A stretch of DNA of 64,000 nt from Blepharisma stoltei ATCC 30299 (lineage: Eukaryota > Protista > Ciliophora), in the NCBI GenBank assembly GCA_965603825.1, contig CBFDEM010000064.1, positions 124,001 through 188,000 of the forward strand, written 5' to 3'. A model generated the notes under the pieces. The model was not told the DNA's origin. It saw nothing but the letters and a program-made list of their open reading frames with translations, and made no database searches. Shown here in pieces: positions 1 through 11,192 of the stretch (within the stretch, counting starts at the first letter, position 1; each line of letters opens with the position of its first letter). Position numbers and translations under genes: made by a program.

Positions 1-46
1 TGAGTTGTTTCTCTTGAAGCTCCGCAGCCCATTTTTATAACTGTTT

Positions 47-520
47 TTATGGAATTTTAAATTTTAGATTAATGCGAGAATTTACTCGTTTCTTTTTAAA
101 ATATTTCTCAAGCTTCGGCTGGAGCTTTATCTGGCTTTTTGAATTTTCGAGAGAAAGTCGCTGCTTTCCTGGGGTAATTGAGCTGGATTTTTTTATGTGA
201 TTTGTGGTGTGCTGGCTGGTTGTGCTGTCGAAGGTAGAAAATAAAATGTTTTTAGGTAAGGGATGCAGCTGTTTTGAATTATTTTGGAGGGTCTTGAGAT
301 GAAAAGAAGATGATTTTGAGAGTTGGGAAAGTGAGGGAAAACGTATAAGTTTACGCCGAATATTTTGGTGGGTATCTTGGCTAAGCTGATTAGCTTGCAC
401 TTCTAGTAGACGATTATATAGTTCTTTGAACTCAAAGCGAACTCCATAGCGATTATCAACAGTCGATTCATGATGCATAGGAATTTGAAGACTTCTGCGC
501 AGATTGTTATCGTCAAGCAT
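47..520 (-). CDS. Hypothetical basic protein with YGVRFExxEL motif
   Basis: 157-aa ATG..TAA ORF; motif RYGVRFEFKELYNRLLEVQ recurs in the 41322-41804 ORF. Confidence 0.7.
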   Translation of the reverse strand: MLDDNNLRRSLQIPMHHESTVDNRYGVRFEFKELYNRLLEVQANQLSQDTHQNIRRKLIRFPSLSQLSKSSSFHLKTLQNNSKQLHPLPKNILFSTFDSTTSQHTTNHIKKSSSITPGKQRLSLENSKSQIKLQPKLEKYFKKKRVNSRINLKFKIP

Positions 521-952
521 TAAACCGGACAGAATGGATTTATTTATTTCATGTGTAAAACCATAATGATGAATAACAATAAAGAAATAAGAAAAAATTG
601 CGAATTTAGAAGTTAACTAATTTTCATAAAAATTTGTGACATAATAACCAATTTCACTTTTGCTATGTGAATAGAGAATTTTTGGCAAGGTAAATTGCGT
701 AATATAAACCCTTTAATACAATAAATGGAAATGGAAATTATTAGATTAGCATCACTTAATTATATTTTTGAGTGAATTTTAAGCATGAATATAAAGCTTT
801 TCTTTACTATCAAATATTTTTGGCAATTTTAAAGTTATTTTTTGTAAAAATAAAATTTTGATTGCAAATAGACTTTCAAGAGGAGCTTTTTGACCTAAAA
901 TTTTTTTGATACAATATAAACAAGATAAAGATTGAAAATATAATTAAAATAT

Positions 953-1351
953 TTAGTAAAGATAAGAAGCAAACACAGAAACCACACAAAACATAAAGTC
1001 ATTCGAATATGAAAACCATGCCGCATTGTCAGTTTCTTCATCCCAAAAGCATTTTGATCCCATTCTCACGCCTTGTCCAAGCTTTTCACCTACTACAACT
1101 TGCACCATGATTTTATAGCGGTTTGCGTGTCCTTCTTTTAAGGCTGCTCTTACTTCTTCTGCTATAGCGAGAGGAAATGGGTTTACATTAGTGTTATTGC
1201 GGCCTTGATATTTATCTTCAGGACCTATCTGTCGCTCCACGATTTCTTTAATGATTTCTTTAGCCTTAAGAGGGCAAAATTTGTCTTTGTAGGAAGGCTT
1301 TGACGAGTAAGCGTCTAATCCAAGTCCAATGCCTAAAGTGGATGATTTCAT
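953..1351 (-). CDS. TCTEX1D2: Tctex-1 family dynein light chain (TCTEX1D2-like)
   Basis: RYKIMVQVVVGEKLGQGVRMGSKCFWDEETDN...FCVVSVFA matches the Tctex-1 consensus. Confidence 0.85.
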   Translation of the reverse strand: MKSSTLGIGLGLDAYSSKPSYKDKFCPLKAKEIIKEIVERQIGPEDKYQGRNNTNVNPFPLAIAEEVRAALKEGHANRYKIMVQVVVGEKLGQGVRMGSKCFWDEETDNAAWFSYSNDFMFCVVSVFASYLY

Positions 1352-1712
1352 ATTGAATATTATAATTTGCTTTAGTAGTTAATTTCATGTATCAATATTA
1401 TAAATTAAATGTCAAATTTCAGATAAATATGTAAGCCAGTAACTTTTTAGCATGCTTAATTAGATTCTTAAGTGTTTAAACTTATAAAATAATATAAATT
1501 TTCGAGTTTTAAATTAATGCTCCAATCCACCACAACGTAAGCTTATAATCCAGCCTAAAGATTATTAAATGGTTATCTCTTAAAATTTATCCAAACCTTT
1601 TGAAAAATCTATTTCTAGTAATTTTTGATTTTTTCCCTCAAACGTTTTAGAAAAACTCAAGAAAGTTATGCCATCAAAATCTGTTATTAACAATGCTCTT
1701 ATAATATAAAAA

Positions 1713-2084
1713 ATGAACCTTTTTGAAGATAACTCTACAGATTATGAACAAGACATTACAGAATGAATATGCGAAATCCATGAAAACCTCAATAAAATTG
1801 CATCAGAAAAATCAAATTACTATGGTTTTAACTTTGAGCTTGATTGCGTCAAAGATGACTCATCATCAATTTTTCAATGGGAAGAGTCAACAGATTTATA
1901 CAGAGCTAGCAAAGAGAAATTATCAATCAGTCGACTCTCTCAAGCTCGGTCAAGTATGTCAACTTTGACATCATTAGACGCCGAGCTTGCTGAAGAAATT
2001 CCTAGCATCTTAGGCCTGGAAAAGATAATTTCGTTAGACTCAGACATACAAGAAAAATTAGGAGCTGTAAAGAAGAACCATTAG
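1713..2084 (+). CDS. 123-aa protein with a Cip/Kip/KRP-like CDK-inhibitor motif (absent from ORF track; internal TGA=Trp)
   Basis: ATG 1713 MNLFEDNSTDYEQDITEWICEIHENLNKIASEKSNYYGFNFELDCVKDDSSSIFQWEES..., TAG 2082-2084; YGFNF..D...FQWE resembles the CDI consensus (W/Y)NFDF..P...YEW. Confidence 0.6.
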
Positions 2085-2640
2085 GGATGCTTTTTCAGCT
2101 AAAATTTTAATTTTAAATGTAACTAACGACAAAATATTTAACGAAAGATTTTTTTGGATATTTTTTTGCGCGTTTAATTGGAATCGCACATAAAAGCGCT
2201 AAATTAAAGATTAAGTATTTTGGACTAGTAAAGTGCGGAATAAGAATGGAACAGAATCATCGGGCTTGAATTTAGCGCTTTTTTCCAAAATTGAGGACAT
2301 ATTTTCCCATAAAAGTTAGAATTGAGTAAATAAAGATATAAGCTTATTTATATAATTTTAGCTTCAAAATATGTGAAAAGCGATAATTAATATAAAATAT
2401 TTAAATATAAATTTTTTCAGAATTACCTCTACCAGTTGTTATCATCCCTTTTTAAAATTCTTTATATAATTTGATTTCCTTCAAAACAGTTTTTTAACAG
2501 TAAATTAATTTTCTTTCTAAATCTCTTATAAAAAATCCCTATTTTTTATTACTCAAAATTTTTTACAAATTTTTAAGTTAAATGTTAATTAACTGGCTTG
2601 GCAAAAATGCTAGTATCAGTACTTCAATTATTTTCTGTTT

Positions 2641-3093
2641 CTACACAAATTCCTGACATCTTAGCATATCAGTTTCAAATCCCTCATTTCTGCCCTTTTT
2701 AACTTGAAAACTCGACGAAAATTTAAATTCGGGGTCAATTTTTTTGAAGTATTTGTTCGAGTTTTCTTCTTTTATTGAGTAACTCGATGGATTAGTCCAA
2801 TTTGTGCTTTTTTGCAAAAAGTTGCAAAAATCATTTCTGCTTGATTTATTAGAAAAATTTAATTCTTTCCAATTTGAGCTTGGGTTTTCGAATGGCGAAG
2901 ATTGTTTACGATTTTTCTTAAAAAATCCTGACAAATCTTCTGTGTTTGTAAAATTATTTTGATCTTGAGAAGAATTTTCGTAGTCTCCGTTGATCATTTG
3001 CTTTTTAGTAGCTTTGCTGTGTTGTATTAATTGAAAATTTTCAATAATTTGTTGCTCTTTGCTGTTTTCTCTATAGTTAATTTCGATGCTCAT
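2641..3093 (-). CDS. Hypothetical low-complexity protein
   Basis: 150-aa ATG..TAG ORF, N/S/K-rich, no recognised domain. Confidence 0.55.
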   Translation of the reverse strand: MSIEINYRENSKEQQIIENFQLIQHSKATKKQMINGDYENSSQDQNNFTNTEDLSGFFKKNRKQSSPFENPSSNWKELNFSNKSSRNDFCNFLQKSTNWTNPSSYSIKEENSNKYFKKIDPEFKFSSSFQVKKGRNEGFETDMLRCQEFV

Positions 3094-3200
3094 TTGAATT
3101 TTATCTTTATTAAAAATGGGATATAGAACAGTGCAAAATGGAAATATATATAGATTTAATAAGGAATTTTAATATTATATTTTCTTAGATTTTTTGCTAT

Positions 3201-5648
3201 TTAGGGGTTATTTTCATGAATTCTGAATGGATTTGCATGATAGCTTCTTCTCGAGAATTCTCTGCCTTCAGAGAATCTTGGCATTGGGGAAATTTCTAGG
3301 TCAGAATTTGGTTTTTTAAAGTCCCTAGCACTTGATTTCAAGAATAACGATCTCCTTCCTTCTTCTAGCTTATAATTTTGAATTGCGAAATTCTTAACTG
3401 GGCTTTTCCCATTAATCAAAGTGGAAATCCTTTTCCTCATATCTTCCTCCTCATTTTTGCCTTTTTTCTTTTTTATTATCCCAAGCCAATTTTCCCAAGC
3501 TGTCTTTTTAGTTATAGGGTTGCTTCTTACATAATCTTCATAGAAATGCACAACTTGATTTTTATAGTCTTGGTCTGCGTCATCCTCTATCAATTTATAA
3601 AGTTTTATTTTTCTTTTACATATATGTCTCCATGGGAATAAAAAGTACCATGCTACAAAAGATGTGAAAAGTAAGGGAAAATAAACGTTGTCTTTTTTCA
3701 TTATATATTGTGTATAGCAGTTGGAAACCTATTTATAAGTTACTGAATATATAAAAATAATTATTGGGAGCCAAGACTGCATTGAAATTGATAGACCTTT
3801 ACCAAGCTGTCTAGGCCTTGAACTTCTGCGGAGAAGCAAATATTTATCAGTCCAGTATTGGAAAAATACCCCACAGAATGCGATAACTAGTCCGAACGGA
3901 AAAAGTGGGGCGAAAATAAAAGCAACGATCAGCGTTACTATGATATTTGGGTATAACTGTATTATATCAATAGGTGGGTTTTCCCAAATTTCATTAGCTC
4001 GTGACTGAGTTAGCCCTAATGTTCCATCTTTTTGGTTTTTGACTTCTCCTCTTCTCCATAGTGTATAGATCCAAATTGGGTGGAAAAAATAAACCACTGG
4101 ATTGAGTATAGAAGTGGCTGTTAATAAGAAAAATACATCATTTACTAACCCATATGGTTTGAATAAATCTTCAGTAGAGCTAGCGTTCACAATTATCAAA
4201 ATAATCGCTGAGTTTAATGATAATCCTATTACAAGCTTATGACTGCTTGCTTTATAAAAGTTCGTCCACGTGTGGTGTTTTTCTTTGTATGATAAAACTC
4301 TTACAAAAGCATCAATAAGCTGATTTATCGTCAAAATTGATAAAGACACTAATAGCGAAAAAGCTTCTACTTCCATGAGACTTAAGGTCGTCCTATTAAG
4401 CTCACTTTTATTTGTGTAGTCCTTATAAATTTCACGCTGCCTTGCCTTTAAAAAGTACACAGAAGTAAGAGACCCAGCCAATAGCAAAATTGTTGCTAAT
4501 GCTGTTATTATTCTACGGCAATTTCTTTGGTAAGGATTCAAGCTTAAATTTTCCCATATAATATCAGATGGCTCTGGAGCTTGTTTAAGTGATATATGTT
4601 TCCCTTTAAATGACAGCCGGTTGTCATACAAGCAATTGCACAAAGTATGAAAAAACCTAAAAAACGCCCCTTGATCCCAATGCTCAGCAACAGCTTTTGC
4701 GTCAGATTTTTTTTGAAAAGTAACAAAGCAGACACCAATGTTTTTTAATCCATCTAAAATATTTTTTTCTATAGCTTTATAAGTTTGTTTTTGGATTTCA
4801 ATTTGTAGCTTTAATTCTCTTTGAGATGGGTAATCTATATTTTATTTACATTTACAACAAATCATGCTTGATTGAGGGTGCGTTCTGTATTTTTCAAAAT
4901 AAGCTTTGGTGAAAATCAATTTTCTTTGGTATTTTTCATATCGTTTTTTAGCCCTTTGGAAGCTTCTTATGTCATAAGCTGAGCTTATATCGTAGACTTC
5001 TGCAAATCTGCCGTCTTCTCTTCCATTGTCTTCTAGAAAAGTTTTGAGTTCATCTCTATTATAATCTTTATCAAGCCCTCTTATTCATACTGCATATCTT
5101 GCAGGTGAAAAGCTTAAAATATCAATGTGCCGGGTTTTTTTACCTAGAAATCTTCTTAATTGAACAGTATTTAAAATCATAACTAAGCTGCAAATTGAGT
5201 GTAAAATTCCTTGCCATTTTGGGACAGATGAAGAGTTTCCGTAAGCTCCTATAGAAAGGTCAATTTCCCAGCTTTCACTTCCTTCTCCTCAGTCTCCAGA
5301 ATGCCCGGCCATTAAATTTGATACCATACAAGGGATTGCTGCTATAGTGATCGCCAGAGCTAAAATTATCATTGCATTCAAGGTAAAATAGAAATATAAA
5401 GGAAACCCAATGCCAAGCTCGCTTAAATTTTTAAGAGGACATGTAATAGGAAACAAAGGTGCGTCCTAATTTATTTTTACAATTGGAAGATTACAACATT
5501 CGCACATATCATATTCATCAATATCAGGGAAGTCTAGCATTCGAATCATGCTTGCATGCTGAATGGAGCTTACGTTGTGTTTTTTAGCTAAGCGTAAATC
5601 TGCATATTCATTAATAAGAGAGTCCCTTGATGATTTGCTCTCTTCCAT
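3201..5648 (-). CDS. OSCA/TMEM63/CSC1 mechanosensitive cation channel, about 800 aa, three 15-nt introns
   Basis: APEPSDIIWENL, GVCFVTF, FAPLFP, YWTDKYLLLR motifs; many TM segments; ORF pieces are in one frame after removing introns 5466-5480, 4835-4849, 3729-3743 and reading TGA as Trp. Confidence 0.9.
3729..3743 (-). other. 15-nt spliceosomal intron
   Basis: gtaacttataaatag; removal joins two ORF pieces. Confidence 0.85.
4835..4849 (-). other. 15-nt spliceosomal intron
   Basis: gtaaataaaatatag; contains an in-frame TAA. Confidence 0.8.
5466..5480 (-). other. 15-nt spliceosomal intron
   Basis: gtaaaaataaattag; removes the in-frame TAG ending the first-exon ORF. Confidence 0.85.
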
Positions 5649-5679
5649 GTCTAGAATTTTATTAAATGATATATTAAGA

Positions 5680-7155
5680 TTATTTCACAGAAACGACGTC
5701 CTGCAATAAAGTTCTGATCAAATTTTCATTCTTCAAAATCTGGGCCTTAGTATGGTTAATTTTCAATTGTTTTTCCTTAATTGATTCCTCCACCTCTGCT
5801 AGTTTATCATAAAGTGGCTGTAGCTGGTCTTCAGTGATTCTTTTCTGTTCTTCCATTTTTGCATTGGCCTGTATATATTGATTTTTCCATTTTTCATACT
5901 CTCGCTTCATGCTTTCTATATCATCATTAACAAAGTCCATTGATTTTCCTAATGGATTTGTGCTTTGGACAAGCTTTTGGATCGAAGTCTTGAGGGTATC
6001 AATGTCAGCAATATCAACTGGTGCAGCTGGTCTATCTCCTTTCCTATTGCCACCTATTCTACCTAGCTTGATTTTTTTCCCTTGATCTTCGTTTAAATCT
6101 GATTTTTCACGATCAATTACGACTTTTTTGCTGCTTTCTTTATCTTTTTCCATTGCCTCTCTAACAAACTTTCCATGCTCTTCTGCTTTTATATTTTCAT
6201 ATTGAGGATTTGTTTTGGAGGGTTGTTGAGAAGTAATAGGGATGTCTTCATCTTCATCTTTATTGCTTTCAGAAATAATGTGAGTCGGAGCAGAAGGTCC
6301 TTTTACTTCTTCTACACCTTTTGGCTGATTTTTTGGAGGCCTTCTCCCAGCTGTTGTAGGTCTTTCTGCCTTTTTTTGAGGTTCTGCTTTAGGTTCTTCT
6401 TTAGGCGGTTCTTGCTTTGGTGGTGCTTTTTTCTCTTCACCTCTTCTGCCTTTTTCGTCTCTTTTAGGCGGCTCCTTTTTGTCTTCTTCTTTCTTAGGCC
6501 TTTCTTCCTTTTTTCTGCCCTCTTCTCTTTTGCGGGACTCTTCTTTCTTTCTAGCCTCTTCTAAAGCTCTTGCTTCTTGGGCTTTAGCTTCTTCTGCAGC
6601 TTTGGCTTCCTTTGCTTTAGCTTCTTCTCTAGCTTTTTGTTTTGCTTCTTCTCTAGCTCGGTTTTTTGCGTCTTCTTTGGCTTTGGCTTCTTCTCTTGCT
6701 TTGGCTTCCTCATTGGCTTTGCCTTCCTCAGGGTCTCTGGCTTTTCTGTCTTCTTTTCTTTTGGCTCTTGGCTCCTCTGCAGGAAGTGCTTGCTTTTGGT
6801 ATTGCCCTGTTGCTGCTCTATAAAGGCCTTGCAAAAAGATGTTTGTGCTTTCCCATTCTTGGCCGGCAACAATTTTGCTAGGCTTTGCAGCGATTTGCTC
6901 GCCGATTGTATTGGAAACGTGCTGGATAATTTTTTCTAAGAAATTTGTTTTTGCATCTCGCTCCGTCACGTTTGCAGAATCGCATTCTTGCTCAGTAAAT
7001 AACCCCTGGGGATAGCCTGTAGCCGCCATGGTTGCCATGATAACGTCATGAAGAAATCTAAACGGAGGCTTCTTAAGCAATTTATCGTTCATTTTAGGCT
7101 TGCTTATTAGCGAGCTGTACATCTCAGCCGTTACCTTCCAAAGGTCTTCGCCCAT
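5680..7155 (-). CDS. TRAF3IP1: IFT54 / TRAF3IP1 / MIP-T3
   Basis: N-terminal KPPFRFLHD...KIVAGQE..TN.FLQ CH-like domain; charged EEAKA linker; C-terminal IQKLVQSTNPLGKSMDFVNDDIESM coiled coil. Confidence 0.95.
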   Translation of the reverse strand: MGEDLWKVTAEMYSSLISKPKMNDKLLKKPPFRFLHDVIMATMAATGYPQGLFTEQECDSANVTERDAKTNFLEKIIQHVSNTIGEQIAAKPSKIVAGQEWESTNIFLQGLYRAATGQYQKQALPAEEPRAKRKEDRKARDPEEGKANEEAKAREEAKAKEDAKNRAREEAKQKAREEAKAKEAKAAEEAKAQEARALEEARKKEESRKREEGRKKEERPKKEEDKKEPPKRDEKGRRGEEKKAPPKQEPPKEEPKAEPQKKAERPTTAGRRPPKNQPKGVEEVKGPSAPTHIISESNKDEDEDIPITSQQPSKTNPQYENIKAEEHGKFVREAMEKDKESSKKVVIDREKSDLNEDQGKKIKLGRIGGNRKGDRPAAPVDIADIDTLKTSIQKLVQSTNPLGKSMDFVNDDIESMKREYEKWKNQYIQANAKMEEQKRITEDQLQPLYDKLAEVEESIKEKQLKINHTKAQILKNENLIRTLLQDVVSVK

Positions 7156-7264
7156 TCAAAATAATTATATTCCATTTTTCATATTTCTTAATTCCCTGCT
7201 ATTTTAGAAAATCTAAAATAAACTCTATCAAAATATTTGTATTTTATATAATTTATTGAAAAAA

Positions 7265-8435
7265 ATGGACAGGCTATCAGAAAGCGATCCTGAAGAAGAA
7301 TATGTAGATATTAGTGATGATAATTCGATAGAGATTATACCCAAAATAGAAAATGATGATGATACACAAATTTGTATCGAAGAACCCATAATTGTAGAAA
7401 ACAGCTATGTGTTGTACCCTATTGTTGGAAAAGAAGCAGATGGAAAATTTGAGTCAAAAAGAAGGTATAGGGAATTCATCGCTTTGAGAGAAAATTTAAA
7501 GTGCCAATGGCAAGGATGCTATATTCCTCAGATTCCTCCAAAAGTATATATTGTAATTATAACCATAGGGAAATCTATGAAAAAATGTAATAGATCAAAG
7601 AAAGAAGCTCCTAGAAAGCTTTCTTCAAAAACTTATTAAAATTCATCATTTATACCATTCAGAACTGGTCCAATGCTTTTTAAAATCCTCACAAGAAATT
7701 CCAAAAACTCCTTATAAGTGCTCATATTTTCAGCTTTCTCAAATTTACGAAAATAGTTTTCCTGATTACTCTAATTTTATCGCAAATCAAGAGCATATCC
7801 TGATGCTAGAAAACGAAAAAATATATTTTACTTCTCATTTAAAAGATTTACAACTTTTTAAATATAATTGCTATGGAACGGCTTGGAGTTTTGATCAGTA
7901 TAATGAAAGATTGCAAATAATGTATCAAGGGCTGAAAGGCGTCTCCAAAATTTATGCTAAAGATAAAGATATAAAAACGAATATAAAAGTTCTCGAAAAG
8001 AATCCTTATTCAATATTAGAAGATTGGGCAAGTTCTGCGATACTAGATATTGAGGCACTTATTGAAGCAATAACATGCATTGATGCATTTAAAGCAGAAT
8101 TAATCAAAATAGAAGAAAATCGAGAAGAAGAAAAAAAAACCCTTTATGAATTGGAGAGAGGAAACTTAGGGATTTTCCAGATGCTTACAATGAAGCCTAA
8201 GGAATATTATATTGAAGGATCAAAATTGCAGCTAAATAGAATAGACAAAGAAGCTTCAAGCTTACAAAAGATCATTAATATTTCTATTGGCCAACTTTTG
8301 AATTATGAAATTCCAAAAACCAAAGAAGGAAGAGAAAATTTTGAATCTGCATCTCAAGCATGCCTGAACTTGAGTGTGGACAATTTAACCGCGCTATTGC
8401 AGCAAAAAACCCGAATTAAAAAATGCTTCAATTAA
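7265..8435 (+). CDS. PX-domain (sorting nexin-like) protein, paralog A; 16-nt intron 7553-7568
   Basis: RRYREF.ALRE.L...WQGCYIPQIPPK PX motif; splicing gtaattataaccatag restores GNLWKNVIDQRKKLLESFL; helical BAR-like C-terminus. Confidence 0.85.
7553..7568 (+). other. 16-nt spliceosomal intron
   Basis: gtaattataaccatag; same position as the 15-nt intron of the adjacent paralog. Confidence 0.85.
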
Positions 8436-8565
8436 GGACATTTCAAATAAAGTAACTTCTATTTTTTCATTCTAAACTTTTATTATATGCTATAATTATT
8501 CTCACTTGATATTAATAAATAAGATACTATAATTCTTATAACTCAGGTTGAACAATTTTTAAAAA

Positions 8566-9777
8566 ATGGAAGATATAATTGAGGTAAAAAGTGAAACAGA
8601 AGAAACCAACCCAAATGTCGTAGAATCTGACTTTTCTTACCCCAATAACCAAAAACCAAACCCAAAATACAAACCTCAAGGAGACATCCAAATTTCTGTT
8701 GGAGATCCTACTATAAACAACGCCTCAATAAGAAAATATGCGTTATACCCTATCACTGGAAATGATTCTTCAGGAAATTTCCAAATAAATCGCCGCTATA
8801 AAGATTTTCGCGCTTTAAGAGATGTTTTATCAAAGCAATGACAAGGCTGCTATATTCCTCAGATTCCTCCCAAGCAAATGATTGTAAATTCTATATAGGG
8901 AAATTTACAAGCAGATTTCCTTGACCAGCGCAAAAAGCTCCTGGAGTTTTTCCTTATAAAAACGGCCAAAATTCCTTATATTTACCAATCAGAAATTTTC
9001 CAACAGTTTATTAGAGGTCCTCAAGACTTTCTTAAATGTGTAGGGCATATAGGCAGACTCCCTTATACAAAGCAAGTTAACATTTATAAAGAAATATTTT
9101 CAGATTCAGCTAATTTTATAGGAAATGAAGAAAGTAATAGAGAAATGAAAGAAATTCAGAAGGAACTTGCTAATTGCTTGACCAATTTGCAGATGCTTGA
9201 AGGAAAGTGCAAAATGACAGTGGATTATTTTGGTTTCTATCAGAAAGAGATACAAGGAATGTTTGGAGATTTGAAAAATGTTAATAAATTATATTTGGAT
9301 GATATAGAAATTAATTGCGAGACAAGAAAATTAGAAAAAAATCCATATATTGGTATATTGGATTGGGTTAGGACAGAAATTTTAGATTTATCAGGACTTG
9401 TGGACGCAATCCAAGACAAATTTAATTTAGAAGCAGCCCAACTAAAAACTGCTGAAAAAATTGACAAAGAAAGGCAGCATCTTTTGAAGCTTCAAATTGG
9501 AAAAAGAAATTTTTTTCAAATAATCTGCCAAAGTCCTAAAGAGCATTATATAGAAAAATCTAATAGAGACATCGCGAAGTTTGAAGAGGAGCTCCAATGC
9601 ATAGAAAAAATCACAAATATTGTGGCTGGGAATTTATTGAATAAGACAATACCAAAATTCAAAGAAGGAAAACAGCAAATTTATGATGCCATGGTAAGGG
9701 GATTTACAAGTGCAAGTATAAAGGAGCTGGAATTTCTGGTGATGCAAAATAAACAAGTTGAGCAGTGCTTTAATTAA
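8566..9777 (+). CDS. PX-domain (sorting nexin-like) protein, paralog B; 15-nt intron 8884-8898
   Basis: RRYKDFRALRDVLSKQ(TGA=W)QGCYIPQIPPK; collinear with paralog A through to the terminal CFN*. Confidence 0.88.
8884..8898 (+). other. 15-nt spliceosomal intron
   Basis: gtaaattctatatag, phase 0. Confidence 0.88.
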
Positions 9778-9803
9778 TATTATTTACATGTAAATTGAAT
9801 TAA

Positions 9804-11168
9804 TTATATTTCTCCATCAATATCAATCGCTGCATATGGCTGGTTTTTCTTTTTTGGTTTTTTCTGCTTAATTCTATAAACAATGAAAACTCCTATAATC
9901 CCTAATAAAACTGCTGCTAAATATGCAATTGCAAACCATCCAAACCATCGTATGTGGCCTAGATCACTTTTTCCTGTAAAGTCAAATTCTTCGTCTCCTG
10001 GCTTTGTAATAATTCCCCACGTGCTCTGCTCCTGATTTAAGTAGCAAGCTACAGTTGTGTTATGTAAAGTCCTTATAGCTAAATACCTAATAAAATTATA
10101 AAATGGGCACTTGTAGTTTCCACAGGTAGGGATAACCACAGGCTGATCGTTATAATCTAAAGTCACAAAAAGGTTTTCATTTTCTTGTATCAATTGAAAA
10201 ATCAGCTGAGAAGCAAATGGAGGCTCAAAATCTGCAGGAAGCTGCAAGCTTGCTAAAATATTTAGAATTGTCCTGTCTTGTCCTGAATAAAACGAAAACC
10301 TGGTTTCCATAGACTGAGTTTTAGCAAGCTTAAACTCATTCATTAAATTAATGAGAAACCCGCTCCCTGCATATTTTGCAAGCGCGTCTGGAGAATAGTA
10401 AACATTATATATATATTCTGCATAAAAATTCGTAGCATTTGTATAGTAAGATCCTGAGAATTCGCTCGGAACTGAGTAGCCATGGAATATGTTACAGTTC
10501 AATGAGTCCAACAATTTTGGGAAAATGTACACAGCATATTGGTAGCTACAACTGAAAGATTTTTGGATAGTGGTAAACAAATTTTGGTTATCCAGGATTA
10601 GTTGATTTACATCTTGGCTACTATTTCTTACTTGGACTAAATACTCATATCTGTCACAATCATAAGCAGGCAAAAGTAAAGCCTCTCTGCTTAGAAGATC
10701 TGTATGAATAGAGATAACTTGTGTGTTATTCGGTAATGCTGAATATCCCAGTTTATTTATAATAGTTTGCTGGTTTTCCACCTCTATAGGTGGAACTGAA
10801 TTGTTGAGTTGGAATTTATTCCTTAAACTTGGTCCAGTCCCAGGTGGGTAAAGGCCTAAAAGTTGGCTAGTGGCGCTTGTTAATGTTCTATCATTATCAG
10901 TCGAATAAACCTTTATTTCAGGTGTATAGAACCAAGGACTTAATAATTTTGTATTATTGACATATCGATTTCTAAGCTCAGCCCCTATTAAATAATGCTG
11001 CCTCATCCCAGATGGTGAAAGTTTCGCCGGGCCTTGAGGCCATTTCTGCAAGTTATCCCAAGGCATGAACTGTAAAGGTGCCCTGGCGCCTTCTCTGCTT
11101 ACTTCTACTACATATAAAATTGTGCATTCAATAAGTAGAGGCAGCAAAAGTTTCACAACAATTCCCAT
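9804..11168 (-). CDS. Histidine acid phosphatase (branch 2, lysosomal ACP2-like) homolog; type I membrane protein, probably catalytically inactive
   Basis: Signal peptide; SREGARAP in place of RHGxRxP; LSPSGMRQHYLIG.ELR.RY; STD.DRT..SA...L.GLYP; YSGQD in place of YSAHD; C-terminal TM and YAAI. Confidence 0.88.
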   Translation of the reverse strand: MGIVVKLLLPLLIECTILYVVEVSREGARAPLQFMPWDNLQKWPQGPAKLSPSGMRQHYLIGAELRNRYVNNTKLLSPWFYTPEIKVYSTDNDRTLTSATSQLLGLYPPGTGPSLRNKFQLNNSVPPIEVENQQTIINKLGYSALPNNTQVISIHTDLLSREALLLPAYDCDRYEYLVQVRNSSQDVNQLILDNQNLFTTIQKSFSCSYQYAVYIFPKLLDSLNCNIFHGYSVPSEFSGSYYTNATNFYAEYIYNVYYSPDALAKYAGSGFLINLMNEFKLAKTQSMETRFSFYSGQDRTILNILASLQLPADFEPPFASQLIFQLIQENENLFVTLDYNDQPVVIPTCGNYKCPFYNFIRYLAIRTLHNTTVACYLNQEQSTWGIITKPGDEEFDFTGKSDLGHIRWFGWFAIAYLAAVLLGIIGVFIVYRIKQKKPKKKNQPYAAIDIDGEI

Positions 11169-11192
11169 TTACTTATAATTATTTTGTAAAAA

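Noticed and set aside
1723-1968. 81-aa track ORF
   Set aside because: Starts at TTG and is out of frame; the overlapping ATG 1713-2084 frame with UGA=Trp is the better gene
6175-6939. Several F/L/S-rich + strand ORFs
   Set aside because: Antisense shadows of the K/E/A-rich IFT54 linker; the same applies to shadows over SPB1, NUF2, 18423-18953 and 21116-21381
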